NCBI GenBank assembly: GCA_040081025.1
Contig: JBEBGW010000001.1
Coordinates: 1-63,491 of the forward strand
Reading direction: 5' to 3'
Length of the DNA: 63,491 nt
Source of the DNA: Pyrinomonadaceae bacterium
Lineage (GTDB): Bacteria; Acidobacteriota; Blastocatellia; Pyrinomonadales; Pyrinomonadaceae
Below are positions 19,699 to 29,230 of this stretch, one piece after another. The first letter of the stretch is position 1. Every line of letters starts with the position of its first letter. The notes below the pieces were generated by a model. It worked only from the letters and a program-made list of their open reading frames with translations, was not told where the DNA came from and searched no databases. Made by a program: the position numbers and the translations under genes.

Positions 19699-19729
19699 TA
19701 TTTTCATTTCTTCCACTATCTATCCATCA

Positions 19730-21631
19730 ATGACGAGGTTCAAACGAACAACTCGGTCTGTGGCAACGCTCATTGCGTTTGCGATCGGCGTGACGCCGCT
19801 ATTGGCGGCGATGGGCGTTCGATCGCAATCTCCGGCGAAGAGCACCGTTTCCTCACAAATTCTGGCGACGGAGACGCGCGATTTTCTGGCGAAGGAAATT
19901 GCCGCGCACTTTGGGAATATTAAGTCGCTTCAACCGCCTCCCGATCGAGTATTCAATGCGCTAACGGTCGGGGAGTTCTCGTGGGGAAGTTTCGCTCGGG
20001 CGCTTGCGGCTCAGGCGGATCTTGGCGGCAGCAGAACGATCGCTGGGAAGGATACGGCGAGAGCGATCGCGGAGATGGGACTGCACGAATCGCGCGCGGG
20101 CGGCAAGGCATTCTCGCAGCTTTACTCGACGCTCGCGTTGAGGCACTACGGAACCGATCTCTCCAAGAACACTGTTTGGCAGAGCATGAACGATGCCGAA
20201 CGTAAGGAGTGGCAGGCTCTTCTCGATCCCGGCAGATTCTACGACAAAGAGAAGCGAGAGGTCATCAACCTTCCGGAAAACTATCTCGGCGTTGCGGCCA
20301 GGATCGCGGCGATGAGCTGGCAGATGGGTGCGTTGAAGGATCGGCCGTTGGTCGATTCGGTGGTCGAACGAGCGGCGAAGCAGTTCCTCGACGGTGCCGT
20401 CTATGCCGACGACAATCTTCCGACCGGCCGCTACGACCGATACTCGAACGAGTACGCTCGATTCTGCTGGGATGCCGCTGATGTCGCAGGCCGTCAAGAC
20501 ATCAAAGAAAAGCTGAAGCCTTCGCTCAAGCATCAGATGAAGATCTGGTGGGATCTGGTATCGCCGGAGGGCTACGGCTACAACTGGGGCCGCAGTCAGG
20601 GACTCGTGAGCTATCTCGACACGCTGGAGATAGTCGCATTCCTCGGCGAAAACCCTGAGTTCCGGCCTGCTTCCATGACCGAACTCGCCGCGCTTTACAA
20701 TCAGGCCTGGCGTTGGATCCGAGCCGACTACAACGATGAGACGCATATGTTTCGCGTGTTCGATTACGGCCGTGGCAACTACGCATACATCAATCCACGG
20801 CGCGAATGGCAGCAGACTGGCACGGGGTTCGGCAAGATAATTCTTGCGAATCACTCGTTCATTCAAACATTGGAGCGTGAGAAGATAGCGCAGTTTCCAT
20901 CTGCTCCGACCCTGCCGGATGTTGGGCGTTTCGATTTCTTCTTGAAGGGTAAGGATCGACAGTACGGCGTCTGGCTCGTGCGCCGCGGAAATTTGCAGTT
21001 TGCGTTGCCAATAACGGTCGGAACCAAGCCGGGCATCGCGGATTATCTGCCGACGCCCTATGGCTTGACTGGTTTCTCGGCACCTGTTGAGCAGGTTTAT
21101 CCATCGCTCACGCCGTTTTGGACGCTCACCGATGGCTCGGTCTATTCGGCGTCGGATGGAGCCGACGAGATCCGTCCCGGAGCGGACGCGATGTCGCTGG
21201 CTACGGTAAACTCTAAGTGGGCGAAGATCGGAAGTCCGTCCGGGACAAATTTCGCGAACGGGCTGCGGAGCGAGGTCGAATGGCGGCTCGACGGACGGAA
21301 GTTGACGCGCCGCGAGACGGTTACAGCGACCGCGGATGTATCCGTAAAGGACTGGAAGTTCGTTGCCCCGTCGACCGCCACATCAGTCGAAAGACGCTCG
21401 GTTTCCGGATTTGAGTTGTTTGACCTCGTCGGTTCTGGTTGGACGCTGCGGACGGGGATCAAGCCGATGCCGGATACGAAGTTTCGCATCGTCGCAGCCG
21501 GGAACGGCCCTCTGTCAAAGGGCGTACTTAGTGCGATCCCGATCCATATAGTGGCTGAACGCAGAGCATTTACATTGAAAAAAGGCGAAGGTGTTTCATG
21601 GGAATTAACATTGGAACTGCAAGATCGATAG
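19730..21631 (+). CDS. Secreted hypothetical protein (candidate novel polysaccharide-active enzyme)
   Basis: 633-aa ORF with a signal-like N-terminus (VATLIAFAIGVTPLLAAMGV). I recognise no family motif. Its codon usage resembles the neighbouring genes and it is embedded in the polysaccharide locus. Confidence 0.6.
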   Translation: MTRFKRTTRSVATLIAFAIGVTPLLAAMGVRSQSPAKSTVSSQILATETRDFLAKEIAAHFGNIKSLQPPPDRVFNALTVGEFSWGSFARALAAQADLGGSRTIAGKDTARAIAEMGLHESRAGGKAFSQLYSTLALRHYGTDLSKNTVWQSMNDAERKEWQALLDPGRFYDKEKREVINLPENYLGVAARIAAMSWQMGALKDRPLVDSVVERAAKQFLDGAVYADDNLPTGRYDRYSNEYARFCWDAADVAGRQDIKEKLKPSLKHQMKIWWDLVSPEGYGYNWGRSQGLVSYLDTLEIVAFLGENPEFRPASMTELAALYNQAWRWIRADYNDETHMFRVFDYGRGNYAYINPRREWQQTGTGFGKIILANHSFIQTLEREKIAQFPSAPTLPDVGRFDFFLKGKDRQYGVWLVRRGNLQFALPITVGTKPGIADYLPTPYGLTGFSAPVEQVYPSLTPFWTLTDGSVYSASDGADEIRPGADAMSLATVNSKWAKIGSPSGTNFANGLRSEVEWRLDGRKLTRRETVTATADVSVKDWKFVAPSTATSVERRSVSGFELFDLVGSGWTLRTGIKPMPDTKFRIVAAGNGPLSKGVLSAIPIHIVAERRAFTLKKGEGVSWELTLELQDR

Positions 21632-21638
21632 GGAGTAT

Positions 21639-22025
21639 ATGATCACTCAGAAATCTGCGACATCAGCACTTGTGACCGATTGGAGCCGGATCAAAAAGGA
21701 GAAACCGGCTCCAGGGATCCAACGGCAAATGGTGGTTGGCGAAAACGTGATGATGGTTCGGTTCACGTTCGAGCCGTTCCTCGTTACGCCTGAACACACC
21801 CATCCGCACGAGCAGATGACTCTCGTCGTGCAGGGCAAGGTGAAATTCTTCATCGAAGGCGAGGTGAAGATAGTCTCCCCCGGCGACGTGCTCCATTTCC
21901 CTCCGCACAATCGCCACGGTGCGACTATGCTCGATGAAGAGGTCGTACTGATCGATATTTTTTCCCCGATCCGCGAGGATTTTTTAACCGCTCTCGCGAC
22001 TAACGGAAGTAAGTCGAGTAAATGA
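21639..22025 (+). CDS. Cupin-domain protein, KdgF-like
   Basis: 128 aa with the cupin metal motif (PEHTHPHEQ ... HFPPHNRHG). Its size and its position beside lyase and KduI genes match KdgF-type unsaturated-uronate-processing cupins. Confidence 0.65.
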   Translation: MITQKSATSALVTDWSRIKKEKPAPGIQRQMVVGENVMMVRFTFEPFLVTPEHTHPHEQMTLVVQGKVKFFIEGEVKIVSPGDVLHFPPHNRHGATMLDEEVVLIDIFSPIREDFLTALATNGSKSSK

Positions 22026-23221
22026 GGAACGCGATCGCAGCAGTTTTGGCGACGTTGCTCTTCGCGTTTGCCGCGGCCGCTCAGTCGGCGCCGAAGCTGC
22101 TGGTACTTGATGGCTCGCTGCTCGAACGACATCGCTCGGAGTATGCAGCCGGCAAGAGCGCACGGAGTGGTGAGATCGCTGAGCTGGTCAAAACGGCGGA
22201 CAAGATCCTCAAGGCCGGCCGAACATTCTCGGTCACCAAGAAATCCCAGACGCCGCCGAGCGGAAGCAAGAATGATTACATGAGCCTGGGCCCATACTGG
22301 TGGCCCGACCCGACCAAGCCGAACGGCCTGCCGTACGTTCGTCGAGACGGCGAGCGTAACCCCGAGATCAATAGCATTCCGGACGACACCGAGTATAACG
22401 ATATGCTCGAAGATTCCGAGGCTCTCGCACTCGCGTACTTTTTCACTCGTGATGAAAAGTACGGGAAGCACGCCGCGACTGTTCTGCGAACGTGGTTCCT
22501 CGATCCGAAAACACGGATGAATCCGAATCTGAATTTCGGCCAGGGCATTCCGGGGATTTCGCCGGGCCGCGGCATCGGGATGATCGAGACTCGAAATATG
22601 TTTCGAGCTATCGACGCCGCAATAATTCTGCAGTCCAGCCAGTCATGGCCGGCGAGCGATCACGCCGCGTTGAAGAGATGGTTTCGCGATTTTCTGAAAT
22701 GGTCGATCGAAAGTCCGCTGGGGAAAGATGAGGCGGATGAGCGGAACAATCACGGAACGTTCTATGACGTTCAGGTGATCGCGTACGCGATATTCACCGA
22801 TCAGATCGATGTTGCGAAGAAACAGCTTGAGGTAACCCAATCTCGCATCGCATCGCAGATCGAACCGGACGGCAGCCAGCCGCACGAACTTGCCCGTACG
22901 CTTAGCTGGGGCTACGTAAATATGAACGCGTACGGATTCGTTCTTCTCGCCAGGCTCGGCGAGTCTGCGGGCGTTGATCTGTGGCACTACCGCACCAAGG
23001 ACGGCCGCGGCGTCCGCGAAGTTCTGGAGTGGATCGTACCGTATGCATCGGGCGAGAAAGAATGGTCATACAAGCAGATCAAACCGCGAGGTTTTGATCT
23101 GACGGTTCCCTTACTCGAGATCGCGGCGGTAAAGTATAAGAAACCTGAGTACTCGACACTTGCCGCAAGGCTGCGAAACACGAGCAACAAAGAAACGTTT
23201 CGATACCTTGGCATTTATTAA
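22022..23221 (+). CDS. Alginate-lyase-fold (alpha/alpha toroid) polysaccharide lyase family protein
   Basis: Signal peptide, then YWWPDP, YVRRDGERNPE and RNNHGTFYD blocks. These resemble the NNH(S)YW-type motif of alginate lyase family proteins. Confidence 0.6.
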   Translation: MRNAIAAVLATLLFAFAAAAQSAPKLLVLDGSLLERHRSEYAAGKSARSGEIAELVKTADKILKAGRTFSVTKKSQTPPSGSKNDYMSLGPYWWPDPTKPNGLPYVRRDGERNPEINSIPDDTEYNDMLEDSEALALAYFFTRDEKYGKHAATVLRTWFLDPKTRMNPNLNFGQGIPGISPGRGIGMIETRNMFRAIDAAIILQSSQSWPASDHAALKRWFRDFLKWSIESPLGKDEADERNNHGTFYDVQVIAYAIFTDQIDVAKKQLEVTQSRIASQIEPDGSQPHELARTLSWGYVNMNAYGFVLLARLGESAGVDLWHYRTKDGRGVREVLEWIVPYASGEKEWSYKQIKPRGFDLTVPLLEIAAVKYKKPEYSTLAARLRNTSNKETFRYLGIY

Positions 23222-23224
23222 CCT

Positions 23225-24067
23225 ATGTTCAGAAAGACCTACTACGCAACGAGTCCGAAGAATCTTGTCGGAGCCTCCAACGACGATCTCCGCGAAGATT
23301 ATCTGATAAGCGATCTCTTCGCCGACGGTGAGATCAGATTGAGCTATCTCCATTATGAGCGATTCGTGATCGGCGGCGCGGCTCCGACAGATAAGCCGAT
23401 CTCGCTGCCGCGGCAGACTGAACCCGAATCGGCAAAAGGGAATCCCTTTCTTGAACGTCGCGAACTTGGCGTCGTTAATGTCGGTTCGTCGGATGGGCGC
23501 GTCACTGTCGATGGTGAGGCACTCATACTCAAGCCCAAGGATGGCCTTTATATTCCGATGGGAAGTGAAGAGGTGTCGTTTGAATCCGTAGGCGAACCGA
23601 CGCACTTTTATCTCGCATCGACTCCGGCCCATGCTCGCTTTGAGCTGAAGCACATCTCGATCGACCAGGCCGTTCCGCTCGAACTCGGTGGAACCGAGAA
23701 CGCCAACGAACGCACGGTGTATCAGTACGTTGTGCCCGCCGTTTGTCAGTCTTCGCAGCTACTGCTTGGCCTGACCGCGATGAAGCCCGGGAGCGTTTGG
23801 AACACGTGCCCGCCGCATCTGCACGATCGTCGGTCTGAGATCTATTTCTATTTCGACCTCAAAGAGAAGCAGCGGATCATGCATTTTATGGGTGAGCCGG
23901 ACAGACTGCGACACATCGCGATCGACAACAATTCGGCAGTCGCGTCGCCGCCGTGGTCGATCCATATGGGCGTCGGGACGACGAACTACACGTTCATCTG
24001 GGCGATGGGCGGCGAAAATCTCGATTACAAGGACATGAACGTTTTGGACATCTGCCAACTGAAATAA
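23225..24067 (+). CDS. kduI: 5-dehydro-4-deoxy-D-glucuronate isomerase
   Basis: 280 aa, collinear from memory with E. coli KduI ([53 protein letters not shown]). Confidence 0.9.
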   Translation: MFRKTYYATSPKNLVGASNDDLREDYLISDLFADGEIRLSYLHYERFVIGGAAPTDKPISLPRQTEPESAKGNPFLERRELGVVNVGSSDGRVTVDGEALILKPKDGLYIPMGSEEVSFESVGEPTHFYLASTPAHARFELKHISIDQAVPLELGGTENANERTVYQYVVPAVCQSSQLLLGLTAMKPGSVWNTCPPHLHDRRSEIYFYFDLKEKQRIMHFMGEPDRLRHIAIDNNSAVASPPWSIHMGVGTTNYTFIWAMGGENLDYKDMNVLDICQLK

Positions 24068-24068
24068 C

Positions 24069-25163
24069 ATGAAACGAATTGTCTCGCTTATCTTTCTCGG
24101 CATTGTTTTATCGATGACCGTTTTTGCTCAATCAGCCGATATCTTCAAGCGTAAGGAGATCGAGCGGCGTATGTTGTCGGTCGCGCAATGGCAGCTTGCG
24201 AATCCCAAGCACGAACTGTACGACTGGACGAACGGAGCTTTCTACGCCGGCGTTTTTGCTGCGTATGAGACGACGAAGTCGAAAGAGATCTGGGATGCGA
24301 TGCTTGCGATGGGCGAGAAGAACAGTTGGGGGCCGGGAAAGCGATTCGACCACGCCGACGACATCGTGATCAACCAGACGTATCTGGATATGTACCGCAT
24401 CTCGAAAGATAGGAAGATGCTGCAGCCTACGATTGATGTCGTTGCGAAGATCAAGGCGGACGGAGCAAAAGGCCGCGAGGTCGAGCGTCATGGGATCATC
24501 TGGTGGTGGTGCGACGCACTGTTCATGGCTCCGCCAACGCTTGCGAAGCTTGCTGCGATCACCGGAGATAAATCTTATCTTGAGCTTAACGACAAGTACT
24601 TTCGCGAGACATACGATCTCCTCTATAACAAGGAAGAACGACTCTATGCCCGCGACGCATCGTTCCTGATCAACGAGAAAGGCGAAGGGAAGTTGGAATC
24701 GAACGGTAAGAAGATCTTCTGGAGCCGCGGCAACGGTTGGGTGATGGGCGGGCTGGTTCGGCTGTTGAAAGAACTGCCGAAGGATCATCCGAGCCGTGAG
24801 TTTTATTTGAAGCAATATCGCGACATGGCCGACCGCGTTGTCGAACTTCAGCAGCCGGACGGACTCTGGCGTTCGAGTCTGCTCGATCCAGCGGCATATC
24901 CCGGCGGCGAGAGCAGCGGAACCGGTTTTTATACATACGCACTAGCTTGGGGCATCAACAACAAATTGCTCGATCGGAAGAAGTTTACGCTGGTCGTGAA
25001 GAAAGCTTGGACGGGGCTGAACACGCTGATCCATCCGGACGGAAAGGTCGGTTGGACACAGCCGATCGGAGCCGACCCGAGGCGCAACTTCAATGCTGAT
25101 AGTTGGGAAGTCTACGGTGCAGGAGCGTATCTGCTCGCCGGATCGGAGATAGTGAAACTCTAG
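24069..25163 (+). CDS. Unsaturated rhamnogalacturonyl/glucuronyl hydrolase (GH105/GH88 fold)
   Basis: Signal peptide and YteR-like blocks (YDWTNGAFYAG, HADD, WWWCDALFMAPP, FWSRGNGW). Confidence 0.75.
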   Translation: MKRIVSLIFLGIVLSMTVFAQSADIFKRKEIERRMLSVAQWQLANPKHELYDWTNGAFYAGVFAAYETTKSKEIWDAMLAMGEKNSWGPGKRFDHADDIVINQTYLDMYRISKDRKMLQPTIDVVAKIKADGAKGREVERHGIIWWWCDALFMAPPTLAKLAAITGDKSYLELNDKYFRETYDLLYNKEERLYARDASFLINEKGEGKLESNGKKIFWSRGNGWVMGGLVRLLKELPKDHPSREFYLKQYRDMADRVVELQQPDGLWRSSLLDPAAYPGGESSGTGFYTYALAWGINNKLLDRKKFTLVVKKAWTGLNTLIHPDGKVGWTQPIGADPRRNFNADSWEVYGAGAYLLAGSEIVKL

Positions 25164-26170
25164 TGCTTTTGTCGCGGCGGGGCGGTTGAACCGCGCGTGA
25201 TGAGGTAAGTCGGGATCTTGATCTCGACGCCTTGCTGGTGTGGGCGGTCGACGGTAAGCAGCAGAGCTTCGACTGCTCGACGTCCGATCTCGACTCGGGG
25301 TGAGCAGACGGTTGTTAACGCGGGTTCGGAAAGGCTTGCGAACGAAATATCGTCAAAGCCGATGATCGAAATGTCGCCGGGAATGCTGAGTCCGGCAGCC
25401 TTAAATTCCTGCATCGCGCCAAGCGCCATCATGTCGTTTGCAACGACGACTCCTGTGGGCCGTTTCTTCTCCGCAAGTATTCTGCGTGCCGCGTGCCGAC
25501 CGCCTTCGAATCTGAAATCACCTTCGTAGATCCTGGCCTTCCCCGCCGAGCGAACGAACTTCTTCATCGCAGCCTTAAAAGCATTTTCGCGAATGATCGC
25601 CGAATATATCTCGTGCGACCCGGCGATGTGCGCGATCTCGGTGTGGCCGAGGGACACGAGATGCTGAACTGCCTCGGTGATGCCGACTTCGTAGTCCACG
25701 ATGATCGTGCTCATCTTTTCGCCGACGATATGCTGATCGTGGAATACGATGCTGGTTTTCTTAAGGCTGGCGGCTTTCACAAGGCGTTGATCGAATTCGG
25801 CACTCATTAAAATAATGCCGGCAACGCGCATCTGGATCAGCCGATGGACGTACTCGACCGCTCGGTTCGTGTCGTAATCGGTATTGAGCAGGATGAGCGA
25901 ATATCCGTTCGCGAAAACGGCCGACTCGACGCTTTTTATTATCTCGGGGAAGAATGGGTTGGCGATGTCGGATACGAGCAATCCGATCATCTTGCTCCTC
26001 CCGAGGGCAAGACTTTGGGCGTGGGTGTTCGGATGATAATCGAACTTCTTTATCGCTTTTTGGACTTTTACCCGCGTGTCGTCAGAAACATATTTTGTAT
26101 TGTTTATGACGTGCGAGACGGTCGCCGTGGAGACGCCCGCCTCTTTTGCGATGTCTTTTATTCGCATCAT
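25160..26170 (-). CDS. LacI-family transcriptional regulator (candidate rhamnose/rhamnogalacturonan regulator)
   Basis: HTH MRIKDIAKEAGVSTATVSHVINNTKYVSDDTRVKV plus a sugar-binding fold. It sits at the promoter-distal end of the rhamnose block. Confidence 0.9.
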   Translation of the reverse strand: MMRIKDIAKEAGVSTATVSHVINNTKYVSDDTRVKVQKAIKKFDYHPNTHAQSLALGRSKMIGLLVSDIANPFFPEIIKSVESAVFANGYSLILLNTDYDTNRAVEYVHRLIQMRVAGIILMSAEFDQRLVKAASLKKTSIVFHDQHIVGEKMSTIIVDYEVGITEAVQHLVSLGHTEIAHIAGSHEIYSAIIRENAFKAAMKKFVRSAGKARIYEGDFRFEGGRHAARRILAEKKRPTGVVVANDMMALGAMQEFKAAGLSIPGDISIIGFDDISFASLSEPALTTVCSPRVEIGRRAVEALLLTVDRPHQQGVEIKIPTYLITRGSTAPPRQKH

Positions 26171-26199
26171 TTAGACGGTAGTTCAATACCGCCCAAAAA

Positions 26200-28296
26200 T
26201 CAAAAATCGAATTGGTCTACGTTGTCCTTATTGAAGATGAAAGGCTTGCCCAGACGGACCTCGTCGCCGACGATCTCGATGTTCCCGAGACGGCCGGCCG
26301 TGATGCTTCGGTCGCCCGCTTTCATCTTTGAGTCGCTCAAAGCGTTGGCCGCGTATACGGTTAGGTAGCCCAGATCACCGGTGTTCCAGAGGACGATGCT
26401 GTCGATGATGCCTTCTTTGATGTACGGCTTACACATATTTGGAAGTGAAAGGCCGGTTACTTTGACATCCGTTCGCCCTGACTGTTTGACGGCCTCGGCC
26501 ACACCGGGAACCGCGGGGGCAGCAATGCCCATCACGAGCTTCACGTTCGGATAGACCTTAAGGACGTTCTGAGTTTCCTGAAAGGCGCGGTCGCGGTCGC
26601 CGTCGCTGGGTTGAGTAGCGACTAACTTAATATCGGGATATTTTTCTTCAAGCCGCTGTTTGATGAACTTGATCCATTCGTTTTGATTAGCGGCGGTGAG
26701 GCTTGCAGTAATGATCGCAAATTCGCCTTTGCCGCCAAGGATGCGGGCGGCTTCGTCGGCGAGAGTTTCACCGATGCCTTGTGGGGTCGCTTGATTGATG
26801 AGAAAGTCGCGAGCGTCCTTTTCGGCGTCAGCGTCCCACGTTACTACCTTGATGCCCTTTGCCTTCGCTTTGCGAAGCACTGTCGAGATCGCTTCCTTGT
26901 TTTCGACGCTTACGGCGATGGCGCTGACGCCCCGAGTGATCCATGCCTCGACGACCTCGTTTTGCTTCGCAGGGTCGAGATCGGTAGGCCCGTCCCAGAG
27001 GAGTTCGGCGCCAAGTTCTTTCGCCGCTTCTTCAGCACCTTTACGGCAGCTGATGAAGTAAGGGTCACCCTTCGCCTTCGGCATCATCGCGATCACATGC
27101 TTCGCTCCGGATGTCGGCGAGGTCATCGACTGATTCGACGGCGTTGTTGCGGTTGAGGTGTTCGATCCATCCTTAATCGAGCGAACCAGAACCCAATTAG
27201 TTCCCGCCACGATCAACGCGGCCGCCAAGATGACGCCGCTGAGTAAGCCAACTTGCCAATTCTTCACTTCAAATTCCTCCTCTGCCTTCACGGACGTTCT
27301 TTCACGTCCGATCCGAGCCATTCGATCGATCAATATAGTGCCCAGCAGTAAAGCTCCGGTCATTACGCCGCCAAGTTCACCGGGCAGGCCGCTTAGGCGA
27401 AGGCCGTTCTGCAGGACGACGATCGCGAACAGGCCGAGCACGGTGCCCAGGACGGTTCCGCGTCCGCCGAAGATCGAAGCTCCTCCGAGTACGACCGCTG
27501 CGATCGCTGTCAATTCGTAGCCGGTTCCCGCATCTGACTTTGCCTGGCCGAGATGGGCAACGTAAATGATTCCGGCAAGACTCGCGCCAAGACCGGAAAG
27601 GCAGTAAATAAGATTCAGGCGCCGGCGAACCTTTATCCCTGCGTATCGGGCAGCTTCTTGCGAGAAGCCGATCGCGTAGAAGCTTCTGCCGAATCCAGTT
27701 CGATGGAGCCACCACCAGACCGCCGCGAGGGCCGGTACGAATATGAAAAGCTGGGTCGGGACGATTCCCCAGACGTATCCTTGTCCCAGAAACAAGAACT
27801 CCTGAGGGAAGCCGGAATAGTTCTCAATGCCTCGCGTCAGCCCCTCGGCAATCCCGCGAAACAGCGAGAACGTTCCGAGCGTGACGATCAGGGGCGGCGC
27901 CTTCAGCTTCGTGATCATCGCGGCGTTCAGTGCGCCGCCGGCAAGTCCGACAAAGAGAGTAAGTACGATCGCTATCGGTAAGGAAACTCCTCCATCGCGC
28001 CAGAGCGATCCCATTACGACCGCGGAAAGACCCATCATCGAGCCGACGGAGAGATCGATACCGCCGGTAATAATGATCGGCGTCATCACAAGTGCGAGCA
28101 GGCCGACCTCGACCGCGAGCCGCGTGATCTCAAATCCGTTTGCTCCGGTGAAAAAGTTGCTGCCGGAAAACGCGAAGATCGCGAACTCGAGGGCGAGTAC
28201 TACAAGCAGGATCCACTCGTTATTAGGAAACAGCCGGGCGGCCCAGCTTTCTTCCGTTTCAAGCGGTCGCTGAGGCTGTGTTTCCGGCTCTGCCAT
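26200..28296 (-). CDS. ABC sugar permease (RbsC/RhaQ-like) fused to a periplasmic rhamnose-type binding protein (RhaS-like)
   Basis: 698 aa. The N-terminal ~330 aa are a multi-TM permease (TGGIDLSVGS motif). An extra TM helix follows (WQVGLLSGVILAAALIVAGTNWVLV), then a Ser/Thr-rich linker. The C-terminal ~300 aa are a type-I binding-protein fold (KGDPYF..., VTWDAD). Confidence 0.75.
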   Translation of the reverse strand: MAEPETQPQRPLETEESWAARLFPNNEWILLVVLALEFAIFAFSGSNFFTGANGFEITRLAVEVGLLALVMTPIIITGGIDLSVGSMMGLSAVVMGSLWRDGGVSLPIAIVLTLFVGLAGGALNAAMITKLKAPPLIVTLGTFSLFRGIAEGLTRGIENYSGFPQEFLFLGQGYVWGIVPTQLFIFVPALAAVWWWLHRTGFGRSFYAIGFSQEAARYAGIKVRRRLNLIYCLSGLGASLAGIIYVAHLGQAKSDAGTGYELTAIAAVVLGGASIFGGRGTVLGTVLGLFAIVVLQNGLRLSGLPGELGGVMTGALLLGTILIDRMARIGRERTSVKAEEEFEVKNWQVGLLSGVILAAALIVAGTNWVLVRSIKDGSNTSTATTPSNQSMTSPTSGAKHVIAMMPKAKGDPYFISCRKGAEEAAKELGAELLWDGPTDLDPAKQNEVVEAWITRGVSAIAVSVENKEAISTVLRKAKAKGIKVVTWDADAEKDARDFLINQATPQGIGETLADEAARILGGKGEFAIITASLTAANQNEWIKFIKQRLEEKYPDIKLVATQPSDGDRDRAFQETQNVLKVYPNVKLVMGIAAPAVPGVAEAVKQSGRTDVKVTGLSLPNMCKPYIKEGIIDSIVLWNTGDLGYLTVYAANALSDSKMKAGDRSITAGRLGNIEIVGDEVRLGKPFIFNKDNVDQFDF

Positions 28297-29230
28297 TCTT
28301 TTCCAAACGTCCCAACGCTACATCGGCGATCAGGGCGGCGAGGATGATCGCTCCCTGGATCGCTTTTTCCCAAAACGGATTGATCCCCAAAAAAGTAAGC
28401 GCCGTGCCGATCGTCCCGAGCAGGGCAACGCCAATGAATGTTCCTAACAATCGGCCCCGTCCGCCGGAAATCGCCGCTCCGCCAACGACAACCGCAGCGA
28501 TCGCTTTTAACTCGAATCCGATACCGGCGTTGCCGGGAATTGCATTGAACCGAACTGCATTAAGCAAGGCCGCGAGGCCCGTCAACGCTCCGAGTAGGAC
28601 GAAGACGGATGCCGTTACCCATCGTGCATCGATGCCTGTGAGCCGGGCCGCCTCCGCGTCAGAGCCGACAGCATATACATTTCGGCCGGATGCGAGATTC
28701 GCTAGTGCGAATGCAGCGGCCGCGAAAATTGCAAGAACGATCAGGACCATCAGCAGTTCGCCATTGCTCTGCGACAGGCCGAACCACTGGAAATTCTCCG
28801 GCAGCCCTTGAACCCAGGCACCTTCCGTCAGCCAACGGAGAGCATCGCGAAGGATAACCAGCATTGCGAGCGTGACGACGATCGAGGGCAGGCGAAGGTA
28901 GCCGACGAGATATCCGTTCAAGCTGCCGAGCAATCCGCCGATAAGAAGCATCACAAGGAAAAGGACCGGCATCGGCACACCTGTTTTCGCGAGCATGCCG
29001 CAAACGATGCTGCAGACGGCGAACTGCGACCCGACGGAAATGTCTATCTGACCGGTAAGGATCACGAACGTCATGCCGATCGCGATCAGCATGATCGGGG
29101 CGTTGTTGATCACGAGGTCGCGGATATTCGAGAAGCTGAAGAACTCGGGAGAGACGACGCCGACGACTATCAACAAGGCCGCGAATGCAATGAGAGCCGA
29201 GAGCTCTTGTTTGTTGAGCCGAAACTTCAA
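28259..29230 (-). CDS. ABC sugar permease (RbsC/RhaP-like)
   Basis: 323 aa, multi-TM, with a TGQIDISVGS motif. It has a 4-nt overlap with the ATPase gene. Confidence 0.85.
   Translation of the reverse strand: MKFRLNKQELSALIAFAALLIVVGVVSPEFFSFSNIRDLVINNAPIMLIAIGMTFVILTGQIDISVGSQFAVCSIVCGMLAKTGVPMPVLFLVMLLIGGLLGSLNGYLVGYLRLPSIVVTLAMLVILRDALRWLTEGAWVQGLPENFQWFGLSQSNGELLMVLIVLAIFAAAAFALANLASGRNVYAVGSDAEAARLTGIDARWVTASVFVLLGALTGLAALLNAVRFNAIPGNAGIGFELKAIAAVVVGGAAISGGRGRLLGTFIGVALLGTIGTALTFLGINPFWEKAIQGAIILAALIADVALGRLEKNGRAGNTASATA

Noticed and set aside
19961-20866. 301-aa minus-strand ORF (similar cases: 15080-15889, 21647-22471, 24132-24815, 42537-43232, 5419-6204)
   Set aside because: All of these overlap better-supported genes on the opposite strand or in another frame. 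They translate to Arg/Pro/Ser-rich sequences without recognisable domains.
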